A stretch of 24,000 nt of DNA from Candidatus Woesearchaeota archaeon. Its GTDB lineage: Archaea; Nanobdellota; Nanobdellia; Woesearchaeales; JABIAG01. Numbering within the stretch: position 1 is the stretch's first letter; each line of letters opens with the position of its first letter. The position numbers and the translations under genes are program-made. Where the stretch lies: NCBI GenBank assembly GCA_018653365.1, contig JABIAG010000001.1, positions 137,031 to 161,030 of the forward strand, written 5' to 3'. The notes under the pieces are model-generated. The model worked only from the letters and a program-made list of their open reading frames with translations, made no database searches and was not told the DNA's origin. Below are positions 16,110-23,575 of the stretch, piece after piece.

Positions 16110-16427
16110 TTAATCTGCTAGCGCTAGATCGTTGTTTGAAATTGGAATGTTATCCCCTGTTTTGAAATCTTTTTTATTCAAAATGTTTGGGATTATTTTA
16201 AGTCCTTTAGCTAAAGGCCAATCAAACCAAGCTAGACTAAATCTATCAGGGGTTAGTCGTTTGTCGATAAATTTAACAGTAACACCGGGCATTTTTCGAC
16301 CTTCTGTGGTCATAACGCTTCCACCAGTTTCGTCTTTTCCTGCAGTTCGACTCATTTCTCCTAAACTCACGTGAGTAAGTTCATGAAATGTAAGTTTAAC
16401 AATCCTATATTCTTTTGCAAATTTCAT
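16110..16427 (-). CDS. hypothetical small protein (105 aa) with N-terminal HExxH motif
   Basis: Good SD (GGAGGCTGAAAA-ATG on the minus strand) and TATA-like GTTTATATAC upstream. Motif FHELTHV at residues 14-20. The plus-strand ORF 16132..16374 is a shadow. Confidence 0.55.
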   Translation of the reverse strand: MKFAKEYRIVKLTFHELTHVSLGEMSRTAGKDETGGSVMTTEGRKMPGVTVKFIDKRLTPDRFSLAWFDWPLAKGLKIIPNILNKKDFKTGDNIPISNNDLALAD

Positions 16428-16485
16428 TTTTCAGCCTCCAATAAGCTCGATAGTTAAAATCTGTAGTTGAGGTATATAAACTTTT

Positions 16486-17061
16486 TTAATTTGTATAAGA
16501 TATTTTAGACTTTTCAAAATGGAATATTTGTTCAGGAGTGGTTATTTTCTTTTTCTTCATAATGTCAAGAAAATTTTGAAATACCTGATTTGTAACTTGG
16601 ACATCGCTCATTGCTCTGTGTTCTTGGTTATTTATTATGTTAAAATGATCACAAATAACTGATAGTTTTTTACTTTGAAGATCTGGAAGAAGTCTGTTAG
16701 CTAATTTTCTAGTACAAAGTTTTTGGTTATTGAATTCTTGTTTTAGATGTCTTAATGCATTTTGGTGTAAAAATCCATGATCAAATGTAGCATTGTGTGC
16801 AATTACTGTGTGATCTTCAAGAAAGTTAAGAAAATGAGGTAGGGCTTTTTTTATTGGTGGAGCATCTTTTACTAATTCGTTATCAATTCCGGTGAGTCTT
16901 GTTATAAAGCGAGGAATTGGCACTTTTGGATTAATTAAGGTCTGAAATTCATCTATTACTTTGTTATCTTTCACTTTAACTGCAGCAAGTTCAGTAATTT
17001 GATGAAAGTGTTTGGATAAACCCGTTGTTTCAATATCTACTACAGCATACTCTTTTAACAT
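16486..17061 (-). CDS. DEDDh 3'-5' exonuclease (DnaQ/epsilon-like)
   Basis: ExoI VVDIETTGL, ExoII IAHNATFDHGFL, ExoIII HRAMSDV. I prefer ATG 17061 (MLKEYAVVDIE...) because a minus-strand TATA (AAATATTTATTAAA, 17083-17096) sits about 28 nt upstream. The track's longer ORF starts at 17163. Confidence 0.8.
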   Translation of the reverse strand: MLKEYAVVDIETTGLSKHFHQITELAAVKVKDNKVIDEFQTLINPKVPIPRFITRLTGIDNELVKDAPPIKKALPHFLNFLEDHTVIAHNATFDHGFLHQNALRHLKQEFNNQKLCTRKLANRLLPDLQSKKLSVICDHFNIINNQEHRAMSDVQVTNQVFQNFLDIMKKKKITTPEQIFHFEKSKISYTN

Positions 17062-17189
17062 CAATTGACTTTTGAATAGATCTTTAATAAATATTTTGGT
17101 AGTTGATTTCTGAAAACTTTTCAAAAAAATAAGAATTCTTTCAACTTTTTTGAGATGAAACATATAAACATTTCATACATTATGTGTAT

Positions 17190-18392
17190 ATGTTTTATGA
17201 ATTATTATTGGGTATTGGTTTGGGAATTGTGGGGGGAACAATTACTGGATTGATTCCAGGAATACATGTAAATCTCATAACCATACTTGTCTTATCTTAT
17301 GTTAGCTCACTACTAAGTTGGTTTTCTGTATTTACGATAGGTTGCTTTATAATTTCTCTTTCTGTAACACATACTTTTTTAGACGTGCTTCCTGCAATTT
17401 ATTTAGGAATGCCCGATTCAGCCACGGCATTGGGTGTTTTGCCAGGACATAGATACTTGTTAAAAGGTTGGGGTTACATGGCAGTAAAATTAACTTTGAT
17501 AGGCAGTTTTTTTGGTCTGATTTTTGGGGTTTTATTAATACCTTTGTTAATTCTTGTTGTTAAACTATCCTATCCGATTCTAAAGAGTTTAATGGTAATA
17601 ATTCTGTTAAGTGTGTTTGTTTTTATGGTTATTAAAGATAGGAAGAAAGGTTGGTCTATTTTTGTTTTTATTTTATCTGGAGTCTTGGGGTGGCTGGTTT
17701 TAAATACATATAATTTAAAATATCCTCTATTTCCGTTATTGACAGGAATCTTTGGGGTTTCTACTTTGTTGTTTAGTATTAGAAGTACCAGTACAATTCC
17801 TGAGCAACTGATAAGCTCTGAAATAAAATTAAAACATAAAGTTGTGATTAAATCACTTTTTGCCGCGGTGTTAGCGGGATTTTTAACCTCTATGCTTCCG
17901 GGAATTGGTTCATCGCAAGGAGTAGTTATAGGTAAAGAATTTGCAAGAAATGCGGGGGATCATGGGTTTATGGTTATTCTGGGAGGAGTCAATACTGTAA
18001 ACTTTGTTCTATCTTTGGTTACCTTGTTTGTGTTGAGTAAGGCACGTAATGGTGCGGTAGTTGCAGTGCAGGAGTTGATTGGTCAAATCGGGTTGAACCA
18101 ATTATTAGCATTTATTGCAGTGGCACTAATCGTTGGAGGTGTGGGTGTTGGGCTGACGTTGTTTTTGGGGCGAGTATTTAGTGGAATTATTTCTAGGGTT
18201 AATTATAGAGGCCTGGTTTTTAGTGTGGTGTTGTTTATAATTGTATTAACCCCTTTTGTTTCAGGATTTAAAGGGTTATTAATATTGTTTACAGCAACTG
18301 TTCTGGGTTTAATCCCCGCAATAGTTAAATGTTCAAGAACACATGCGATGGGTTGTTTAATGATTCCAGTAATGTTATGGTTTTTAGTATGA
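17190..18392 (+). CDS. polytopic membrane protein, TctA/DUF112-like
   Basis: About 400 aa, with at least 10 hydrophobic segments and duplicated G-x-[IL]-PG-I motifs (TGLIPGIHV, SMLPGIGSSQG) as in the TctA family. ATG 17190 lies 25 nt downstream of CATATAAACA; the track uses GTG 17184. Family call is tentative. Confidence 0.5.
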   Translation: MFYELLLGIGLGIVGGTITGLIPGIHVNLITILVLSYVSSLLSWFSVFTIGCFIISLSVTHTFLDVLPAIYLGMPDSATALGVLPGHRYLLKGWGYMAVKLTLIGSFFGLIFGVLLIPLLILVVKLSYPILKSLMVIILLSVFVFMVIKDRKKGWSIFVFILSGVLGWLVLNTYNLKYPLFPLLTGIFGVSTLLFSIRSTSTIPEQLISSEIKLKHKVVIKSLFAAVLAGFLTSMLPGIGSSQGVVIGKEFARNAGDHGFMVILGGVNTVNFVLSLVTLFVLSKARNGAVVAVQELIGQIGLNQLLAFIAVALIVGGVGVGLTLFLGRVFSGIISRVNYRGLVFSVVLFIIVLTPFVSGFKGLLILFTATVLGLIPAIVKCSRTHAMGCLMIPVMLWFLV

Positions 18393-18438
18393 AAAAGTTT
18401 TTATAGTTTGTTAATTGGGTTTTCAATGGTGATAAAAA

Positions 18439-18831
18439 ATGTCAAAATCTGAAATGATTGGTTTTGCAGCGTTAATATTGGTAATTGTGATAATTATTGC
18501 GTTAATGATGTGGGGACTACCTAAATATGGAATTTATAAATTAGAATTACAGGGAAAAGCAGATCTAAAAGAGGCAGAATGGAGTAAGCAAATTCTTATT
18601 GAGGAAGCAAGAGCTTTGCGAGATGCAGCTAAGTTAAGAGCAGAAGCTGAAGTAGAACGAGCAAAAGGCGTAGCAGAAGCTAATAAAATAATTGGGGACA
18701 GTTTAGCGAATAATGATGCATATTTACGTTATTTGTGGATACAAGGATTGCATGACGGAAGTAGCGAAGTAATTTATATTCCAACAGAGGGCAACCTTCC
18801 AATATTAGAAGCAACAAGAAATGTTAGATAG
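18439..18831 (+). CDS. membrane-anchored prohibitin-tail-like protein (lacks SPFH core)
   Basis: SD GGTGAT at 18428-18433, N-terminal TM, then a coiled coil. The region ERAKGVAEANKIIGDSLANNDAYLRYLWIQGL...VIYIPTEGNLPILEA parallels the C-terminal region of prohibitin/HflC-type proteins. Confidence 0.5.
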   Translation: MSKSEMIGFAALILVIVIIIALMMWGLPKYGIYKLELQGKADLKEAEWSKQILIEEARALRDAAKLRAEAEVERAKGVAEANKIIGDSLANNDAYLRYLWIQGLHDGSSEVIYIPTEGNLPILEATRNVR

Positions 18832-18900
18832 GTTTAACATAACATTTTTAAACATTGTTTTTAATATTTTATTACTTTTTTTTAAAAAGGGGTGATAAAC

Positions 18901-19071
18901 ATGGCAAAAGAAAAACCAGAATGTAAAGGATTTGGATTTATTTTAATCTTGGCAGGAATATTGTTTTTACTGCAAGATTTGAACGTATGGAACTTTTGGG
19001 GATTAAGTTGGTACACTGTAACGTTAATCGTAGTAGGTATTAAGTTTGCAGTAATGGCAGTTAATAAATAG
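18901..19071 (+). CDS. two-TM micro-protein (56 aa)
   Basis: Not in the track. SD GGGGTGAT at 18888-18895. Product: MAKEKPECKGFGFILILAGILFLLQDLNVWNFWGLSWYTVTLIVVGIKFAVMAVNK. A T-tract follows the stop. Confidence 0.5.
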   Translation: MAKEKPECKGFGFILILAGILFLLQDLNVWNFWGLSWYTVTLIVVGIKFAVMAVNK

Positions 19072-19122
19072 TTTTTTTTAAAATATAAAACTATATAACT
19101 TAATTCTTTTTTTATTTTTATT

Positions 19123-20295
19123 ATGCTTCCTAAGAAAATTTCTGAAATAGTAGATAATAATGTAAAAATTATATCTAAAAAGTTAGAGTATAAAAAAGAC
19201 TTTTTTGGGGATAGTCCTGCACCATTCATTGGAAGATATGGCTACCCAAATGTAAATGTGGGTGTGTTATCAGCAATTGATTATTCTAAAAAAGATGAAT
19301 TAGATAACCCTCAATTATGGAGTAAGAGTGGAAAAGGGGTTGACGAGATTGCTGGAATTCGAAGTAGTTTGATAAATTCACGTTTTAAATCAAATATATT
19401 TTCTAAACAGGAGAAGTTGAACTTACTTGCAGAAGAGGTGGGCATATCTTCTAAACCTGTTGAGGTAGAAATAGGATTGAAAGATAAACCACAATTTAGA
19501 TTAAACACATATTCACATGCAACTCCCACCGGACCAAATGCCGATCTCGAAAAAGCAAAGATAACGTCTAATGTTAAAGTAGATGTTAAGGTAGAAAAAG
19601 CGCATTCAGACGTTCATTTGAAGGCTGCTAACGCTTTAAACGAATTGTATAAGAAAGGAGTGGATGAAAATAATCTTGCTCGAGCGTTGAGTGTTGGGGG
19701 TTTTGGAATTGGAAAGAATAGAAAGTTAGTTCCAACTAGATGGTCTATCACAGCAACAGATGACATTTTAGGGAAAAAACTAATTTATGATGTTAAAGGA
19801 CTTAACTCATTAGATTGTTATAAACTTTACTTTGGGGGGATACTTGGCAATTATTATTTAATTATGATGTTGCCCGAAATATGGGGTTATGAACTGTTTG
19901 AAATGTCCTTAGCTAACGTTAACAATTACTCTACAGATCACGAATTTTATGCAGGTAGGAAGAAGTATTCATTTTCTTGTGAGGGGGGTTATTATACTGT
20001 AAGGTTGGGTGTGTTGGAGCGAATGATTGAACAGCGGAAACAAGCTACTGCATTGGCATTTAGATTTATAACTTCAGAATATACTGCTCCTCTCGGGGTG
20101 TGGGTAACAAGAGAAGCAACACGAAAAGCACTAATGAGTAAGGCATTCGAATTTAACTCTTATGAAGAAATGATTCTTTTTGGAAAACAACTTATTATGG
20201 ATGAATTTAAATTTGATTTGGGTAAGTTGATTAGTAAGAGTGTATTGTTAAAAGAAAGAAAGGTACAGAAAAAGTTGTTTGAGTTTACGGTATAG
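19123..20295 (+). CDS. Nre-family (DUF650/DUF651) putative DNA-repair protein, no N-terminal Zn ribbon
   Basis: FFGDSPAPFIGRYGYPNVNVGVLS matches the recalled Nre signature (SPPxVFVGRxGYPxVxxGP). It also has LVPTRWSITATDD and a C-terminal PIP-like QKKLFEF. TATA AACTATATAAC lies about 28 nt upstream. Confidence 0.6.
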   Translation: MLPKKISEIVDNNVKIISKKLEYKKDFFGDSPAPFIGRYGYPNVNVGVLSAIDYSKKDELDNPQLWSKSGKGVDEIAGIRSSLINSRFKSNIFSKQEKLNLLAEEVGISSKPVEVEIGLKDKPQFRLNTYSHATPTGPNADLEKAKITSNVKVDVKVEKAHSDVHLKAANALNELYKKGVDENNLARALSVGGFGIGKNRKLVPTRWSITATDDILGKKLIYDVKGLNSLDCYKLYFGGILGNYYLIMMLPEIWGYELFEMSLANVNNYSTDHEFYAGRKKYSFSCEGGYYTVRLGVLERMIEQRKQATALAFRFITSEYTAPLGVWVTREATRKALMSKAFEFNSYEEMILFGKQLIMDEFKFDLGKLISKSVLLKERKVQKKLFEFTV

Positions 20296-20329
20296 AAAAA
20301 TTATTAAATAAACTGGATGGAGTAAGATT

Positions 20330-21055
20330 ATGGTTGATTTTAAGAAAGAAGTTGCAAAGTTAAAAGACGTATATGAAGAGATCATAAAGTTCGAGGTAGA
20401 CATATCTCAACCCATCATGCCTAGTTTGGACTTTTATAAAAGTCGACAAAACTTGTATTTACAAAGTTTACAAACAGTAGTGGCAGAGTTAAAAAAGACC
20501 GTAAGAGTAATCGAGGTTGAAGAGGGTGAAGAGGCAGTGCTGGATCGAATTAAAAGCGTTGTGGGAAAACTTGATACTAAAAGTAATGATGAGTTGAAGT
20601 TATTAGTTGAAGAATTAATTAAATTAACTAATGATGCGAACATAAAAGAAGAACAAAAAATAGAATTGCCAGCATCAATTCCAAATGATATTTATCCAGA
20701 AGTAGAAGCAGACATGAATGAAATGCAGAAGTGTATGAGTGCGGGGTGTTATAGGAGTGTAGTAATTCTTTGTGGACGGATATTAGAGGTAGTGTTACAT
20801 CGAAAATATTTTGAGGCAACACAAAATGATCTACTTGAAAAAAGTCCAGGTATTGGTTTGGGAAGTTTAATTGCTAAAATGAAAGAACGAGGTCTTGAGT
20901 TTGATCCTGGATTGACGCAGCAGATACATCTAATAAATCAAATAAGAGTATTTAGTGTACATAAGAAACAACAACCATTTCAACCCTCAAGAGCACAAGC
21001 CCAAGCTATTATGTTATATACTGGAGATGTTTTAGAAAAAATGTTTAAAGAATAA
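20330..21055 (+). CDS. coiled-coil protein with C-terminal DUF4145-like domain
   Basis: The C-terminal half, CMSAGCYRSVVILCGRILEVVLHRKY...LGSLIAKMKERG...IHLINQIRVFSVHKK...PSRAQAQAIMLYTGDVLEKMF, follows the recalled DUF4145 pattern: A-x-G-x-Y-x-x-...-lE, l..lR...aH, and s..ea... Confidence 0.45.
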   Translation: MVDFKKEVAKLKDVYEEIIKFEVDISQPIMPSLDFYKSRQNLYLQSLQTVVAELKKTVRVIEVEEGEEAVLDRIKSVVGKLDTKSNDELKLLVEELIKLTNDANIKEEQKIELPASIPNDIYPEVEADMNEMQKCMSAGCYRSVVILCGRILEVVLHRKYFEATQNDLLEKSPGIGLGSLIAKMKERGLEFDPGLTQQIHLINQIRVFSVHKKQQPFQPSRAQAQAIMLYTGDVLEKMFKE

Positions 21056-21070
21056 GTTGGGGTTTAATGT

Positions 21071-22936
21071 TTATATCAAAATTGCTTTAATTCTTCTTAT
21101 GCCTGCAGCTGAACTCTCTTCCTTCTTTATTTTGAAAGTACCTAGCTCTTTAGTGTTAGTTGTATGAGGCCCCATGCAGATTTCTTTAGAGTAGTTTCCA
21201 ATTGAGTAAACAGAAACTTTATCTGGATATTTAGCACCAAATTCTGCCTGTGCACCCTGTTTGATTGCTTGTTCGGGAGCCATTTCTTCTTTTTTTACTT
21301 CTAATCCTTGCTTTATGATCTTGTTTACTTCTGCTTCAACTTGTTGTTTTTCTTCGTCTGTAAGTTTTCTGTCGAAGTTAAAGTCGTAACGCAGTCGTTC
21401 CTCAGTTATGTTGGAACCTTTTTGTTTAATACTTGGATCTTTTAGTACTTTTCTTAAGACCTCAGCAAGAATGTGGGTCGCAGTGTGAAGTTTAGCAGTA
21501 GTTTCTGAAGATTCAGACAACCCCCCTTTAAACTTTTTTTCTGCTCCAATTCGAGATAGTTTTTGGTGATCTTCATATTCTTTATTGAATCCTTTAACGT
21601 CAATAGGTACATTATTTTCTTTAGCTAGTTCTTCAATCATCTCAATTGGGAACCCATAGGACTGGAAAAGTAAAAATGCTTCTTTTGAAGTTACTTTATT
21701 GTCTTTTTCAATCATCTTTTGAAGTTCTTTAAGTCCTTTATCCAATGTTTTTTGAAATTTATCTTCTTCTCGTTTTAATTCATCAAAAATGATTTTTTGT
21801 TTTGTTTTCAAATGAGGATATTCTTCCTGATACATTTTAATAACTATTTTAGCTAGATCTACAGTTGCATCAATTTTGAAAAGGTCTACATCAAGTAAAC
21901 GTAAATGTCTTAAAGCTCGTCTAATCAATCTTCTGACAATGTACCCTTGATCGGTATTGCTTGGCGAAATACCATCAGCAATAATAAATGTTGCAGCTTT
22001 AATGTGATCTGCAATAATTCGAATTGAACACATGGTTTCTTTCCAACATTCAGGCACTGTTTCAAATCCCAAAGTTCCTTTAGGAAAGCTATATTTTTTA
22101 TCTGAAATCTTTTCAATTTCTTTAATGAGGGGTTGCCAAAGTTCAGTAAGATAATGATCTTCATGACCCTGAAGAATAGTAATAATTCTTTCAACTCCTG
22201 CTCCAAAATCAATATTTTTTTGTTCAAGTTTGTGGTACTTCCCTTTTTCGTCTTTATTATACTCCATTAAAACATCATTTCCTAATTCAACCCAGGTATC
22301 ATCTTCAGGATCGAATGATTTGGGTGCAGGTTTATTGTTATCTTTCCAATAAAAAAATTCAGTATTAGGACCACAAGGACCTGAAGTGCCTGCAGGACCC
22401 CAAAAGTTTTCAGATTTAGGAAGAAAAGCAATTCTTTCTTTTGGAATGTTTAAAGATAACCAGGTTTGTTCCGATTCAGTATCTTTTGGAGCATCCTCAT
22501 CTCCTTTAAAAACAGTTGCAGCTAATCTTTCAATAGGAACATTTAATTCTTTTGTAATAAATTCAATGGTTAATTCTATTGCCTCTTTTTTCCAGTAATC
22601 TCCTAAACTCCAATTTCCAAGCATTTCAAAGAAAGTATGGTGGTTGCTGTCACCAACTTCATCAATATCCACTGTTCGTATACACCTTTGAACATTTACT
22701 AACCTCTTTCCTTGAGGGTGGGGTTGTCCCAATAAGTTAGGAACTAAGGGTTGCATACCTGCAGTTGTAAATAGTACTGTGGGGTCATTTTGAGGGATTA
22801 AACTAGCATTAATAATCTCTTTATGCCCTTTGCTTTTGAAGAAAGCAATGTACTTCTTTTTGAGTTCTTTTGCAGTTATCATTTTTATTTTGGACTCATT
22901 TTGTGAGTAATCTAAGTAAAGTTGAGAAGGGTTCAT
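21071..22936 (-). CDS. alaS: alanine--tRNA ligase, short form (catalytic plus editing domains, no C-Ala domain)
   Basis: FTTAGMQP, RCIRTVDIDEVGDSNHHTFFEMLGNWSLGDYWK, and the editing-domain motifs HTATHIL and CMGPH. The protein ends about 40 aa after CMGPH. The real start could instead be the internal MITAKELKKKY at 22882. Confidence 0.9.
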   Translation of the reverse strand: MNPSQLYLDYSQNESKIKMITAKELKKKYIAFFKSKGHKEIINASLIPQNDPTVLFTTAGMQPLVPNLLGQPHPQGKRLVNVQRCIRTVDIDEVGDSNHHTFFEMLGNWSLGDYWKKEAIELTIEFITKELNVPIERLAATVFKGDEDAPKDTESEQTWLSLNIPKERIAFLPKSENFWGPAGTSGPCGPNTEFFYWKDNNKPAPKSFDPEDDTWVELGNDVLMEYNKDEKGKYHKLEQKNIDFGAGVERIITILQGHEDHYLTELWQPLIKEIEKISDKKYSFPKGTLGFETVPECWKETMCSIRIIADHIKAATFIIADGISPSNTDQGYIVRRLIRRALRHLRLLDVDLFKIDATVDLAKIVIKMYQEEYPHLKTKQKIIFDELKREEDKFQKTLDKGLKELQKMIEKDNKVTSKEAFLLFQSYGFPIEMIEELAKENNVPIDVKGFNKEYEDHQKLSRIGAEKKFKGGLSESSETTAKLHTATHILAEVLRKVLKDPSIKQKGSNITEERLRYDFNFDRKLTDEEKQQVEAEVNKIIKQGLEVKKEEMAPEQAIKQGAQAEFGAKYPDKVSVYSIGNYSKEICMGPHTTNTKELGTFKIKKEESSAAGIRRIKAILI

Positions 22937-23022
22937 TTAAATACTTTTTCTCTTTTTTTCTCTTTCAAATGGAAAAATATATAAACAAAATTAGTAAAGT
23001 ATAAGATAAAGATTTTAATGAG

Positions 23023-23538
23023 GTGATTAATATTCCAGAAGACACTCCAACAGATGCAGTAATACAATATAAGCAACAAGGATATGATGATGAAACAATA
23101 AAGCAAGGATTGTCTCAACAAGGATATGGTCCTCAACAAGTTCTAGATGCATTTAATCAAGCAGATATGAAAGGACAAGCAATTGCCGCTCCTGTACAAG
23201 GAATGCAACCTGCACCTCAACAATATGAAGAAAATACTGAAGCAGTAGTAGAATCATTAATTGAAGAGAAATGGCAAGATTTACAAACACAATTAAAAGC
23301 AATAACTGAGTGGAAAGAACGAATAGACTCACAAGTAATAAAGATCACACAAGAAATGGGACTGCTAAAAGAAAATTTTGATAAATTACACGAAGGAGTG
23401 TTGGGTAAAATTTCTGATTATGACGCTAATCTAAAAGATGTGGGTAGTAGTGTAAAAGCAATGGACGAAGTATTTAAAAAAGTAATTCCCACAATGACTG
23501 AAAGTGTAAATAAGTTATCTCGATTAGCTAATAAATAA
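23023..23538 (+). CDS. coiled-coil protein with N-terminal tandem QQGY repeats; start codon uncertain
   Basis: ORF of about 171 aa. The N-terminus has two similar helices (YKQQGYDDETIKQGL / SQQGYGPQQVLDAF) and the C-terminal half is a heptad-rich coiled coil. The only in-frame upstream start is a GTG buried inside GAGGTGAT. Confidence 0.6.
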   Translation: MINIPEDTPTDAVIQYKQQGYDDETIKQGLSQQGYGPQQVLDAFNQADMKGQAIAAPVQGMQPAPQQYEENTEAVVESLIEEKWQDLQTQLKAITEWKERIDSQVIKITQEMGLLKENFDKLHEGVLGKISDYDANLKDVGSSVKAMDEVFKKVIPTMTESVNKLSRLANK

Positions 23539-23575
23539 TTCTTTTTAATCTATTTTTTTTAAGTACTCTATTTTT

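Noticed and set aside
22933-23139. 68-aa minus-strand ORF upstream of alaS
   Set aside because: It spans the divergent promoter region and the start of the plus-strand coiled-coil gene. The sequence is hydrophobic and low-complexity with no start signals.
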